64,000 nucleotides of DNA from an uncultured Bacteroidales bacterium (GTDB lineage Bacteria; Bacteroidota; Bacteroidia; Bacteroidales; P3). The stretch spans positions 5,373-69,372 of the forward strand of contig ONJQ01000011.1 of assembly GCA_900318175.1 (NCBI GenBank). Reading direction: 5' to 3'. The notes beneath the pieces were generated by a model, which saw only the letters and a list, made by a program, of their open reading frames with translations, did no database searches and was not told where the DNA came from. A program made the position numbers and the translations under genes. Below are positions 19,532 through 30,400 of this stretch, piece by piece. Position 1 is the first letter of the stretch. Each line of letters opens with the position of its first letter.

Positions 19532-19638
19532 GTTCACTCCTTCTCGTTCATCCGTCTGGTATTTGTTCCTCTTTTTTCCAAGCTAACAGAGAGAAATTGA
19601 GGTACAAATGATGCAATAATGCACAAGAAGGAGCGAAG
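19532..19638. repeat. copy 3 of the ~110-bp imperfect palindromic element, in the gap between two convergent genes
   Basis: The outer arms are GTTCACTCCTTC (19532-19543) and GAAGGAGCGAAG (19627-19638). The inner arms are TATTTGTTCCTC and GTACAAATGA. Confidence 0.6.
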
Positions 19639-19658
19639 TTACAGAGAAACCACACCCT

Positions 19659-20150
19659 TCATCTGACTATGTCGGCATACTGTCCCTTGGTCAGGGCGAC
19701 GAGGTCGGCAGGGCGCAGCTCTATCTGGTAGCCTATCTTGCCGGCACTGACAATGATGTGCTCAATTTCCTGAGCCGTGATGTGGAAGGTGGTCACAAAC
19801 AACTTCTTCATACCCACAGGCGAGCAGCCACCGCGCACATAGCCCGTCACCTTCGTAATATCCTTCACGTGAATCATTTCCACATTCTTCTCGCCTACGC
19901 TCTTGGCGCACTTCTTCAAATCAAGTTCACAGCCCACCGGCACCACAAACACAAAGTAATTTCTGCTGTCGCCCTGCGTGACGAGCGTTTTGAAAACACA
20001 GTTGGGGTCCTCGCCCAGCAGGGTTGCAACCGTCAGTCCGTCCACAGCCTCATTGCCGTGGGGGTATTCATGGGCGGTATATTCAATCTTCTCCTTGTCG
20101 AGAATCCGCATCACATTTGTCTTAAAATCAGCCTTCATCTTTGCTATCAA
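19659..20150 (-). CDS. ybaK: Cys-tRNA(Pro)/Cys-tRNA(Cys) deacylase
   Basis: 163 aa. VFKTLV..FVFVVPVGCELDLKK..GYVRGGCSPVGMKK is typical of YbaK/EbsC. Confidence 0.88.
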   Translation of the reverse strand: MIAKMKADFKTNVMRILDKEKIEYTAHEYPHGNEAVDGLTVATLLGEDPNCVFKTLVTQGDSRNYFVFVVPVGCELDLKKCAKSVGEKNVEMIHVKDITKVTGYVRGGCSPVGMKKLFVTTFHITAQEIEHIIVSAGKIGYQIELRPADLVALTKGQYADIVR

Positions 20151-20364
20151 TAATTAGAAAATGAATACGTTAAATAGTCAATGTGTCAATCAGTCAAACA
20201 ACCAACTGGTCAAGGCATCAGTTTCCCTAATACTACTACAATCTCCATTACCAGCAGAGGTTTACCGCTGCAAAGATACGACTTTTTTCTGACTCGACAT
20301 TGTTTGTGGGATGTTTTTTGGAGTAATGGGACAAATATTTTTCTACTATATGCAAAATAAATCG

Positions 20365-20372
20365 TATTTTTG
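20365..20372 (+). promoter_or_regulatory. -7 box TATTTTTG upstream of the C10 peptidase gene
   Basis: Exact TAnnTTTG match 34 nt before the ATG at 20406. Confidence 0.6.
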
Positions 20373-20405
20373 CAGTTTGAAATTTGAGTCACATTACCCC
20401 AAAAC

Positions 20406-22826
20406 ATGCAACAAAAGATGAATGCTCTTTTCCATCACGCCGCGCGGTTAGCCGCCGTGCTGGCTGTAGTTTTATTCACCTCTGCCACCGTCTGGGCGAC
20501 CCCTGTAAAAGTTGAGACGGCCAAACGCGCAGCCACCAACCTCCTCATCCAAAAGGGGCTTATCAAGGCTGCCGACACCCTCAGCCTCTATGGTACCAAT
20601 ACCCCCTCAAGCCAAAACTCCCCCGCCTGTTTCTATATCTTCAACAGCGGGAGCGAGGCCTTTGTCATTGTCAGTGCCGACGACCGCTGCACACCCATCT
20701 TGGGCTACTCCTCGAACGGTAGCTTCAGCTTCGACCGCTGCCCCACAAATATGAGGGTATGGCTGGACAACTGCGCACGCGACATTACCGCGGGCATCAA
20801 GGCGCAAGCCCCCGAGGACCCCGAACAGCTGAAAGCCTGGGCGGAACTGATGTCAGCAGACGGCACGCCCGACGACCCCAAGGACGAGGAATTCCTGCTG
20901 AATTCCACCTGGGAGCAGGGCAGCGGCTACAACAACTATTGCCCCGTCATGCACGGGCAACACGTGGTGGTGGGCTGCGTGGCCACCGCCATGGCTCAAA
21001 TCATTCGCTATTACGGCTACCCCCACAGAGGCTTTGGCTCGAAGTCCTACATTCACTCCACCTACGGCACCCTTGCCGTCAACTTCGACACCACCAACTA
21101 CGACTACTCCCTCATGCCCGACCATATACGCCGCAGCACTTCAGCCGCCGAGTGCGACATGGTGTCGCGCCTCTGCTATCACTGCGGCATCGTGGTGAAG
21201 ATGCGCTACCAGGACGCCTCCCATCCCGACGGCAGTGGTTCATACACCAACCTTGTTCCTGAAGGACTGCAATATTTCGGCTACGTGGGTGCACGGTACC
21301 TCAACCGGGGCAACTACCCCGACGATTCCGAGTGGCGCAGAATCATCCGTGCCGAAATTGACGCCCGCCGTCCCATCGAATATGCCGGTGTGGACGAAGA
21401 GCAGGGTGGCCATGCCTTTGTGCTGGACGGCTACTCCAGCCAGAACCGTTTCCACTTCAACTGGGGATGGGGAGGCTACGGTGACGGCTTCTATTCCCTC
21501 AATACCATGCGCGGTTTCACCTCCGGCCACGAGATGGTCATCAACATCAAGCCCTCTGGCTGGGAAGGCTCGCTAACCCGCTTCTACGCTTCGGCCGAAG
21601 GCCAGGGCGACGGCACCTCATGGAATCAAACCAACAGCAACATCGAGGCCGCTGCAGTCCTTGCAACCATGGTGGATCGCGACATCTGGTTGATGCAAGG
21701 CACCTACTACGGCGACACCGCCGCTCCCTTTGCCTACACCCTTGGGGGCAAAGTGAACATCTACGGCGGCTTTGAAGGCACCGAAACCGACTTCAACCAA
21801 CGTGACGCCTCACGCCACCTCACCATCATAGACGGTATGGGGCGGCACGGACTGATAAAGGTTACCGGAGGCAGCACCAGCTCGAAAACACTCAACATCA
21901 ACGGCATCATACTCCAAAACGGCTACTCCCTCACAGGCAACATTTGCGAATTCGGGGGCTACTACTCAGCCCGCAACATCACCGTTCGCAACTGCCAGAG
22001 CGACAGCGGCACCGTCCTCTACATGAACGACGGTCTCGCCCGCAGTTTTGTCGTCACTGGCAACAGCGCCCCCGTCGTCTGCTCCCTCAACAGCACCATA
22101 CTCCGCCAAAGCCTCATCAACAACAACGAGGGCATCGCCGCCAAACTGAACTATGGCCGCATAGTGAACAGCAACATCGTCTGCCATTCCGGCCTGGGCG
22201 TTGCCATGGGGCGCTCCTCCAGCCTCCTCAACACCATCATCTGGAACACCGACAGTTCCCTGCGCATTGACTACAAATTGGCCGACACTGCCATCCGCTA
22301 TTGTGCCTTCGACCAAGACAATGCCATTAGCGACAGTGCCATTGCCGACAGCACCTGCCTTTACCTCGACAGCCAAAACGATGCACCCCTCGGCCCCGGA
22401 TTCATCCTTCCCAACACGACGCGCGGCCTCACTGACAACACCGCTGCTGACTGGCATCTGGCTCGCGGCTCGCGCTGCATCGACGCCGGTCTGCGCACCG
22501 CCGAGAGCATCCGCGACGGCGATATGGACGGGAGCATCCGCTGCCGCAACGGCGTGATTGACTTGGGCTGCTATGAGAGCAACTACCCGGTCTCCATCTC
22601 CGACGTCGAGAGCAACACCTTCACCCTCAGCCCCAACCCTGCCACTTCCTCCATCACCATCACCGGACTGAGGGGGAGTGACGTGGAGATCTTCGACATG
22701 ACCGGCCGCTGCATGCTCCACCTTACCGCAACGGGCAGCTCTTGCACCGTCGACATCAGCCGTCTGCCCCAGGGTGTTTACTTCCTGAAGACCGATAATC
22801 GCACATCTAAATTAATCAAAAAATAA
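20406..22826 (+). CDS. C10 (streptopain/SpeB-like) cysteine peptidase with N-terminal pro/inhibitor region, beta-helix-like middle and T9SS type-A C-terminal sorting domain
   Basis: 806 aa. The catalytic Cys context is VVGCVATAMAQIIRYYGYP and the His context is GGHAFVLDGY. The C-terminus is TLSPNPATSSITI..VEIFDMTGRCML..LPQGVYFLK. Confidence 0.85.
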   Translation: MQQKMNALFHHAARLAAVLAVVLFTSATVWATPVKVETAKRAATNLLIQKGLIKAADTLSLYGTNTPSSQNSPACFYIFNSGSEAFVIVSADDRCTPILGYSSNGSFSFDRCPTNMRVWLDNCARDITAGIKAQAPEDPEQLKAWAELMSADGTPDDPKDEEFLLNSTWEQGSGYNNYCPVMHGQHVVVGCVATAMAQIIRYYGYPHRGFGSKSYIHSTYGTLAVNFDTTNYDYSLMPDHIRRSTSAAECDMVSRLCYHCGIVVKMRYQDASHPDGSGSYTNLVPEGLQYFGYVGARYLNRGNYPDDSEWRRIIRAEIDARRPIEYAGVDEEQGGHAFVLDGYSSQNRFHFNWGWGGYGDGFYSLNTMRGFTSGHEMVINIKPSGWEGSLTRFYASAEGQGDGTSWNQTNSNIEAAAVLATMVDRDIWLMQGTYYGDTAAPFAYTLGGKVNIYGGFEGTETDFNQRDASRHLTIIDGMGRHGLIKVTGGSTSSKTLNINGIILQNGYSLTGNICEFGGYYSARNITVRNCQSDSGTVLYMNDGLARSFVVTGNSAPVVCSLNSTILRQSLINNNEGIAAKLNYGRIVNSNIVCHSGLGVAMGRSSSLLNTIIWNTDSSLRIDYKLADTAIRYCAFDQDNAISDSAIADSTCLYLDSQNDAPLGPGFILPNTTRGLTDNTAADWHLARGSRCIDAGLRTAESIRDGDMDGSIRCRNGVIDLGCYESNYPVSISDVESNTFTLSPNPATSSITITGLRGSDVEIFDMTGRCMLHLTATGSSCTVDISRLPQGVYFLKTDNRTSKLIKK

Positions 22827-22831
22827 TACCG

Positions 22832-23299
22832 ATGAAAACAAGACTGACCCTCCTGGCCGCCCTCTGTGTGGCCCTGCTGAGTTCCTGCTCCACCCTCAAA
22901 TACCACTATTCCGAGACCCGTATTGCTGAGGCCAATACCGATGTCTTCGTCATCCCGCCCACTGCCCGCGTGGATGTGAACCCCGAGGCCTTTGTGGATG
23001 TTTGGGTGTTCGAAGGTCGCGACCTCAAATCCATCCTCACGCCTGGCATCAACATGGAGGAGCTCTCCAACCGTCTCCGTATTGCCGCAGCGAACAAGAG
23101 CCTCCAAAAACGGGGTGGCGACATCCTTGTGGCTCCCATCTTCGACATCGTCTCCGAGCACGACGGCCGCACCTACACGGTCACCATCCGCAGCCGCATA
23201 GGCAACTTCACGGATTGGAACAAAAACACTGAAGACTACCTCGAAATCCAGAAGGCTTACATCACCACAGACCACCAAATAGGCACTTACACCCGCTAA
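22832..23299 (+). CDS. hypothetical lipoprotein, operonic with the C10 peptidase (5-nt gap)
   Basis: MKTRLTLLAALCVALLSSCS is a lipoprotein signal. The protein is 155 aa. Confidence 0.7.
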   Translation: MKTRLTLLAALCVALLSSCSTLKYHYSETRIAEANTDVFVIPPTARVDVNPEAFVDVWVFEGRDLKSILTPGINMEELSNRLRIAAANKSLQKRGGDILVAPIFDIVSEHDGRTYTVTIRSRIGNFTDWNKNTEDYLEIQKAYITTDHQIGTYTR

Positions 23300-23323
23300 A
23301 GGGGAAAGGAGAGGTGGAAAAAG

Positions 23324-23365
23324 AAAAGTGAAATGGACCCACAAAGTCCATTTCACTTTTTTTTT
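23324..23365 (+). terminator. intrinsic terminator after the lipoprotein gene
   Basis: AAAAGTGAAATGGAC..GTCCATTTCACTTTT forms a 15-bp stem followed by a T-run. Confidence 0.8.
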
Positions 23366-23439
23366 GCTTGCAGGAGGCCACAAGCACCCCTATGGCAGCC
23401 ATCACTGACCGATAGAGGGATCCCCGCGGGTTGTTCTGC

Positions 23440-23478
23440 AAAAAAGGAAGAGACGGCCGGCAATGGCGGTCGTCTCTT
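23440..23478 (-). terminator. intrinsic terminator after the aminotransferase gene (minus strand)
   Basis: The stem AAGAGACG/CGTCTCTT is followed on the minus strand by CCTTTTTT. Confidence 0.65.
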
Positions 23479-23501
23479 ATAATGAGTGTATCCCTCAGGG
23501 G

Positions 23502-24818
23502 TTATTTCACGGGATGGTCGGCGTGGAACTTCTCCAAGCGCTCTTTGAGGTCGGGGAACTGGTCGCGCTGCACGAGGGCGACGCAGGCGCGGATGCCTTG
23601 CTTGTGGCTGCCGGTGATGTCCAGCGAGATGGCGCTGATGCCGTAGCGGATAAGCTCGTTGAGGAGGTCGATACCTGCCATGCCGGGATAGCAGAAGGTG
23701 AAGTAGAAGCCGTCACCGACGTCTTCGCCCATGTCCTTGTCGTAGACAATGTAGAAGCCGTTGTCAGTGAACATCTTTTTCATGATTTTGGCTTTCTCGC
23801 CGTATTCCCTGATGTCCTTGACGAAGTTGAAGGTGCCGTCGTTGGCGCCCTTGAGCATGGCGGCCATGGCATACTGGACGGAGTGGGCGGTGCCGGAGCT
23901 GAGGCAGTAGAGGGTGCCGAAGATGAGGGCGCGTCCCAGCTGGGTCTGGCTGTAGAAGCGGGCGAGGTCCGGGCACTCCATGTTGAAGAGCTTGGGGCTG
24001 CAAATCATCATGGCAATACGCTCGCCGGCATAGCTGAAGGACTTGGAGCCGGAAATCATGAGGACGTAATTGTCCGTATACTTGGCCACGGTGGGCTGGA
24101 ACGGAGCCTTGCCGGGGACGCTGTAGTCCTTGCGGAAGTCCATGAGGAAGTAAGCATCGTCCTCCAGGACGACGACGCCGTACTTGTTGGCCATCTCGCC
24201 GATGATTTGCAGTTCATATTCGGTGAAGCAGAACCAGGCGGGGTTGTTGGGGCTGCTGTAGATGAGGCAGGCCACGTCGCCGTCGCGCAGTTCCTCTTCG
24301 AGTTTCTCACGGAGTTTGTCACCGCGGTATTCGTAGACGTCGAAGGTCTTCATGGGAATGCCGAGCACGCGGCACTGCTGTTTCTGCACTGGGAAACCGG
24401 GGTCGATGAAGAGCACCTTGGTCTTCTTGGCATCGTAGCGAGTGAGGGTGAGGAAGCTGGCGAAACCGGCCTGCATGGAGCCCACGGTGGGGACGCAGCA
24501 GTCGGGAGTGACATCGACATCGAGGAAGTTCTTGACAAAGCGGGCAGCCTCTTTCTTGAAGTCGGCGGTACCGTAGATTTCGGGGTAGATGGAGGCGACA
24601 CCTCTCTTGAGGGCTTCAATCTGTGCCTGTACGCCCACCTGGGGTGCGGGCAGGCCGGGGATGCCCATCTCCATCTTGACGAAACGGATGTCGGTTTCTT
24701 TTTCCACATCCTGAATCATCTTCCTCATCTCGCGGATGGAGGCTTTGCCGGGGTTGGCTATTTTGTTCTGTTGGGCTATGCGGTCGATAGTCTCTTGTGG
24801 TATGGGAATTTGTGTCAT
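23502..24818 (-). CDS. pyridoxal-phosphate-dependent aminotransferase (class I/II fold)
   Basis: 438 aa. It contains SSPNNPAWF, VLEDDAYF and SGSKSFSYAGERI (PLP-Lys context). Confidence 0.85.
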   Translation of the reverse strand: MTQIPIPQETIDRIAQQNKIANPGKASIREMRKMIQDVEKETDIRFVKMEMGIPGLPAPQVGVQAQIEALKRGVASIYPEIYGTADFKKEAARFVKNFLDVDVTPDCCVPTVGSMQAGFASFLTLTRYDAKKTKVLFIDPGFPVQKQQCRVLGIPMKTFDVYEYRGDKLREKLEEELRDGDVACLIYSSPNNPAWFCFTEYELQIIGEMANKYGVVVLEDDAYFLMDFRKDYSVPGKAPFQPTVAKYTDNYVLMISGSKSFSYAGERIAMMICSPKLFNMECPDLARFYSQTQLGRALIFGTLYCLSSGTAHSVQYAMAAMLKGANDGTFNFVKDIREYGEKAKIMKKMFTDNGFYIVYDKDMGEDVGDGFYFTFCYPGMAGIDLLNELIRYGISAISLDITGSHKQGIRACVALVQRDQFPDLKERLEKFHADHPVK

Positions 24819-24857
24819 AACAATTAAATTTTTTTATTAACGTTTATAATTCACTTA

Positions 24858-25784
24858 CTATTTCTGGGCGAAGCCCTTCAGCTTGGCAGCGTTGACGGGG
24901 CTTATGTCCCTGATAATGTCGTAAACCTGTTTCTGTTCGTCGGCGGGTGCGGGAGTGAAGATGCTCACCAGCTCCGAAATCTTAACATCCACAAACTGTT
25001 GCACAGAGAGCAGACCGCTGCGGGTCTTGTGGACTTGCTGTAGCTGCTGGAGGGCATCGATGATGTTGCGTCGGGCTTGAGGCTGGTCCTTGGTCATGAG
25101 GTCCAACCCCATGCGGTGGTATGAGTAGTAGACCGAGTGCAAGGCGGTGTAGGCCGAGTTAGTGTGATTCTCCATGAACCAGTAGCGTGCCCGCTGGCTT
25201 TCGCGTCCGCTCCAACCTTTATACTGCTGCTGTGCGTCGGCAGTCTGGCACACCGTCCGCGCCATCTCGTAGAATGGCTCTCCCCCATTGGGGCCGAAGC
25301 TGTCAAAATACATGCCCAGCATTATGTACACATAGTAGGCCACAGCCGAGGAGAGGTTGCCGTAGAAGGTATTGGGGTCAAAATCCAAAGGCTGGTTTTC
25401 ATTGTAGGTGAACAAGAAATCTGCCGACTCGACATAGTTGAACAGACCCGTGGTATAGGTTGAGCCGTAGACCGGACGGCGGAGCTGCAAGGAGAGCTGC
25501 CCTTTGAAATCGGTCAGCGTCGACCGCTCACTCAGAATAAGGCTCAGCGAGCACTCCAGCCGTTCCCCTTCCTGCAGTTCGAGGGTGGTCCAGCGTCGCC
25601 CGTTGACAAAATCCTCCAAAGCCTGTTTCATGCTTTCGAACACGCGCTTGTCCGTTGTCTGGTAGCCCTGGGTCGAAGAGAGCAGCTTCTGACTATTGAC
25701 GGAAACAGCACAATGCATTTCCTGGGCGCGCGCTGCGCCCAAGCACATAGCAATCAGCAGTATGAAAGATACACACTTGCGCAT
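24858..25784 (-). CDS. DUF4835-like periplasmic protein (family recently linked to T9SS as PorD; assignment from memory)
   Basis: 308 aa with a signal peptide. The N-terminal pattern is AQEMHCAVSVNSQKL..TTDKRVFESMKQALEDFVNGRRWT. Confidence 0.65.
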   Translation of the reverse strand: MRKCVSFILLIAMCLGAARAQEMHCAVSVNSQKLLSSTQGYQTTDKRVFESMKQALEDFVNGRRWTTLELQEGERLECSLSLILSERSTLTDFKGQLSLQLRRPVYGSTYTTGLFNYVESADFLFTYNENQPLDFDPNTFYGNLSSAVAYYVYIMLGMYFDSFGPNGGEPFYEMARTVCQTADAQQQYKGWSGRESQRARYWFMENHTNSAYTALHSVYYSYHRMGLDLMTKDQPQARRNIIDALQQLQQVHKTRSGLLSVQQFVDVKISELVSIFTPAPADEQKQVYDIIRDISPVNAAKLKGFAQK

Positions 25785-25834
25785 AATGACCTTGCAAATT
25801 TACGAATTATTTTTCAATCCACAAAAAAAAGTTG

Positions 25835-25842
25835 TACATTTG
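25835..25842 (+). promoter_or_regulatory. -7 box TACATTTG upstream of the alpha-2-macroglobulin-like gene
   Basis: Exact TAnnTTTG match 30 nt before the ATG at 25872. Confidence 0.6.
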
Positions 25843-25871
25843 CAATCCGAAAACACAAAACAAGTTTTGTC

Positions 25872-27467
25872 ATGAAGAAATTCTTCGTTCTCATTGGCTG
25901 TCTTTTATATATCTATTCAGTCCATTCCCAAGGCACATGGCGCACTGTGGACTCTCTTTATCGCGCTCGCGCCTACGCCGATGCCTATACCCTCACGCGC
26001 CAGTGCTATGAGCAGTCGTTGCAGGCGCTTGCCTCACCCGCTGCCGCCCATTCCCCGGCCATGCAAGGCGTCCATGCCTACAATCTGTTCCGTTCCGCGG
26101 TGAGTCTTGTCAAGGTCAGCGCCAAACTTCCCAACCCTGTCGATGCGGAATCCCTTATGCGTCGCACACTCCCAAAACTCGATGCCTACCCCGAGGGGGC
26201 ACTCTGCCACACCTATCTGGCACACGTTTATGCCCAAAAGCTCCTCAGTCGCAACAACCGCTTTGGAAGCCAAAAAGAGCCTTATTTCGACAACCCTGCC
26301 GACACCCTCTATTCCCACTGGTCCACGCCTCGGCTGGCGGACAGCATTCGTGCCCACACCCGTGCCGCCCTTGCCGACAGCCTGACGCTGCGCCGCATAC
26401 CCATCGCCTCCCCCTCCGCGCCTTTCAGCTACGACTTCTTTGTCAGCCACGATACCGTCACCGACTACTCCGACATCACGCTATACGAGATTGTACTTTA
26501 CGCTGCCGTAAAAAACCTTGTCAACGATCGCATTCTTTACTCCTCCTCCGACGGCTTCACCTACACCGACGCCCTTTTCGACTCCCTTGCCAATCCTGCC
26601 ACACTTGTCTCCGTCCGCCTCCCCGCTGGCGGCACCCCGCACGGCAAGCTCCGCCTTTTCCAACAGGCTGCCCGTTGGCTTCAACATGAGTGCCCCGACA
26701 CTGCACATGCCTCCTGGCGACTGTTCCGCTCCAACCTCATGACCTTCCTTGCCCACTTCTCCGAAGGCTATCGGCGCGACCCTTTCGGCCCATTCTTGCC
26801 GCAAGGCACCCTGACCATACACCAGTCCCTAACAGTAACTATTGACCGACTTGTCACCCCCGACAGCGGCTGCTTCTTCACCGTCTCCGCGCCACAGCCC
26901 GACACCCTCTATCTCCGCATCACGCCTTCCATTGACATGGTTCTCGACAACCTGCCCAACGACAAGCGTTTGGCCTACGCCCTCGCCCAACCCGTGCTGC
27001 ACAGCCTTGCCATCCCCGTTGCCAAAGGCAGCCATCGCTACTTCTTCCCCTCCCTGCCTTACGGCGAATACACGCTTCTCAGCTCGGAGACACCCTTTCC
27101 AAGCCCCAAAAGCGAACCCGACCCAGACTTCAGGACCACTGCCCATCACTTCGTCTGCAACTCCGCCTACATCCAGCCTATCACCTCCCTGCGCGGCCTC
27201 CTGCTCGATGCCGCCGACGGCCATCCCCTTGCCTACCACCCTGTCAAGCTCCGCTTCGCCAATACCCCGCGGGACGCCGACAGCGAGGACACGCTCTCCC
27301 TCACTACCGCAACGGACTCCTTAGGCCTCTACGACTTCCATCCTCTCCTCCCTGAAGGGACCAACAAAGCAGTCAGCTACACCACTACGTACCGGGGCCA
27401 GACCTGCACTCAGCCGTACGACGGCCACCACACCTACCACCTTCCGCGCTCCCTCAGTGCGGCTTAG
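25872..27467 (+). CDS. N-terminal fragment (signal peptide plus helical region) of a large alpha-2-macroglobulin/MG2-domain-like protein; ends at an in-frame TAG
   Basis: The start is MKKFFVLIGCLLYIYSVHSQG. It is in the same reading frame as the next ORF, with only one TAG (27465-27467) between them. Confidence 0.7.
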   Translation: MKKFFVLIGCLLYIYSVHSQGTWRTVDSLYRARAYADAYTLTRQCYEQSLQALASPAAAHSPAMQGVHAYNLFRSAVSLVKVSAKLPNPVDAESLMRRTLPKLDAYPEGALCHTYLAHVYAQKLLSRNNRFGSQKEPYFDNPADTLYSHWSTPRLADSIRAHTRAALADSLTLRRIPIASPSAPFSYDFFVSHDTVTDYSDITLYEIVLYAAVKNLVNDRILYSSSDGFTYTDALFDSLANPATLVSVRLPAGGTPHGKLRLFQQAARWLQHECPDTAHASWRLFRSNLMTFLAHFSEGYRRDPFGPFLPQGTLTIHQSLTVTIDRLVTPDSGCFFTVSAPQPDTLYLRITPSIDMVLDNLPNDKRLAYALAQPVLHSLAIPVAKGSHRYFFPSLPYGEYTLLSSETPFPSPKSEPDPDFRTTAHHFVCNSAYIQPITSLRGLLLDAADGHPLAYHPVKLRFANTPRDADSEDTLSLTTATDSLGLYDFHPLLPEGTNKAVSYTTTYRGQTCTQPYDGHHTYHLPRSLSAA

Positions 27468-27488
27468 GCTGCCGACGACATCGACACC

Positions 27489-30400
27489 GTGGTCTCCCTC
27501 TTCCTCAACTCCCACATCTATCGTCCCTCCGACACCGTCCGTTTCTCCGCCATGGTTCACCTTGTCGGCCCCGATGGCAACGCCCGTCCCCTCGCCAACC
27601 ACGGCCTTCAAATCAAAGTCGTTTCCCTCTACCCTGAAGAGGTGCTCGGCTCCACCTCCCTCACCACCGACCCCCTCGGTTGGGCCGAAGGCCTGTTTGT
27701 CATCTCACATCTCGACAGCCGCGTCCTCGACAACGGGAATCCCATCCTCGATGCCTATATCGACGGCCATTTCATCTCCCACCTATGCAAACTCAACATT
27801 GCCGACTACTCCCTTCCCACCCTCTCGCTCACCCTCCAAGCCTCCTGCGACACCCCGCGCTATGCCCGTCCCCTCACCATCGAGGGCAGCATCGCCTCCC
27901 GCAACGGCTCCGCCGTGGCCGCCACCTGCGCTGCCTACACCGTCCGCCAATCCTTCGGCTACGCCCCTTGGGTCAAGGGCGTGGGTTCTGACCACTCCGG
28001 CGGCTCTTTCCTGCTCCTCGCGGACACAGTTGCCATCCGCCCCGACGGCACTTTCACCATCCCCTTCACCCCCGCCAAACATCCCGACCTCCCATTCCGC
28101 AATGGCGAGTATACGCAATACGACTTCGAGGTCACCGTCACCGACCCCTCCGGCCTCTCCATCAGCGAAAGCATAACCCTTGCCGTGTCCGACCTGGCGG
28201 GTTCCATCAGCATCCTCTCCTACCATGACAGCTGGTACGACTTGGTGGGAGGATATAATTCCAATTTCATCAACAGCCTCGACGACATTTTCGTCAGTGC
28301 GGAATCATTCGGCCGCACTAATATGGCCGTCAAAACAAGAGTCACCGTTGGCCTCACGCCCCTCTGTGACAATGTAATGGATACTATCATCGCCATTCCT
28401 GACCATCCCGTTGCCCTCGCTGAGCTGCTGCCGGACTTCCCGCTACCCAACGGCTGCCTCACCATCACCGTTTCCGACCTCAAAAGACGATTCCACCCTG
28501 ACACCCTCGTCGTCACCCATCTCAAATTCGACGCGCCCCTGCCGCCGGACTCCCTCGACCTCTTCGCCTCCATCCAGCACAACCATTACCGAGTGGGCGA
28601 CACGCTCCACCTTCGTGTGGGCAGTCCCCACCGTTGTTCCGCCATGCTCCTCATTGCCAGTGGCGACAGCATCGTCACGCTCCGGCACCTGCGTCTGAAC
28701 AGGGGTTTTCAACGCCTTGCCCTACCGCTCTCCAATGCCATGGCTGGCCAACTGGCCGTCTCACTCGTCATGCTGCGCAACGGCCATCCCTTCCAGGGGC
28801 ATGCCTCGGTGACTGTCACCCAACCCAATCCCCGGCTGCAAATCCACTGGACCAACCCCGAAGGGTTCAACTTGACGCCCCCCGACGAGGGCTTCGCCGC
28901 ACAGCGTCTCTATGCCGGAGCCTCTCAGCGCTGGCAGCTGCGCGTCACCGACACCCTTGGCCGCCCTGTTCAGGCCAATCTGGCCCTCACCGCTTTCGAC
29001 GACGCCATCTACACATTGGCCGACAATCACTACCTCTCAGGCCTTTTCACCACCTCCCTCAATCTGCAACAGTATCAGCCCAGCATCTCTTTTTCATACT
29101 ACGATAATCAGTCAAAGAAGGTAGCTCTTTTCTCCCCCTCCGAGACCCCGATAGCACAAACGCCCTACTTCGACTTCCATCCCACCACAGGCAGAAAGTG
29201 GCATTCCTTCGGCCTCACCTTTGTCGATCTGCCACAGGTAGGGGCCTTCCTCTCCGTCGGCACCCCCGGGGTTACCGTTCTCCACTGCCTGTCTGCTTCT
29301 CAATCAATTAAGATGGTAGCTGACCTGCCCGAGTCCACTCCTTTGGTGCGCACCAATCTGACGCCCATCGGGCCTTGGTTCGGAAGGATAAGTACCGACA
29401 GCCAAGGCACTGCCGCCTTCACCTTCCCAGCTCCGCAACGGCTCTCCAGCTGGATCCTACAGGGCGTGGCCATCGACAGCGCTGGGCACACCTGCCAGTT
29501 CGGAAACCGCTTCATCACCTACCGCGACGTGATGCTGCACCCCAACATGCCGCCATTCCTCTATCCGGGCGACAGGACCGACATTGCCGTCCGTCTGGAC
29601 CGCGCCACCCCCGCCGCACCAGGCAGCGAAGACCGCATACGCCTCTGCCGTGGAGCCAAGCCCCAAGGCCGCTGCACCGAGGCCGCCCCTTCGCCCACTG
29701 ACCGCACAGCCCTCTTCCCCATCAAGGCTCCGCGCCCCCTGTTCACCTCCCGTCCGCAGCCGCTGCACTACACCTTTGCCGCCGTCAACCAGCAGCACGA
29801 CACCTCCGCCCTGCTCGATGCCCTGTCCGCCACCGTCCCCGTCCTCCCCGTCCCGCGCCTCAGCCGAGGGCTCTACCCCCTTTCGCGCCAGGACTACCGC
29901 ACCCTCTCCGACCGTTTCCGCAGCCTGTTCTACCCCTACAACAACCACAGACCCAATAACGTGGACGACCTATTCGACTCCCTTTACTGTGCCGTCGTGT
30001 TCCACCGGCCCAATGTCGACTCGCTGCTGCAAGTGCTGGCCGACGCCCAACTGCCCTCCGGGGGCTGGCCCTGCATCAAAGGCCAGAAGACCATCTTCAA
30101 CGAGAACGCCACACACCATCATCTCAGCGTCATCATGAAGCTGCAACAAGAGTGTCCCGACTTCCGCCTCCCCGCCGCCTTCAACATAGAGCGCACCCTG
30201 CAATTGGCCGACAGCCTGATGTTCAAGTTCTGGCGGCAATACCCCCATTCCGCACACGAAGCCGCCCGCTGGCTCACCCTTCACCGCCACTTTGCCCAAT
30301 ATCCGCTCAGCGCCGCCTACCACCCCATGCGCGACAGCCTTTATGCCAACCTCTTGGCCAAAGGGCATGACATGTGGGACATCCTGCTGCTGCACCGCTG

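Noticed and set aside
27465-27467. The in-frame TAG as evidence for amber recoding or an alternative genetic code.
   Set aside because: TAG terminates at least three other well-defined genes in the window (truB, the AspT-type transporter and the EEP lipoprotein). A local nonsense mutation, an error or rare read-through is more parsimonious.
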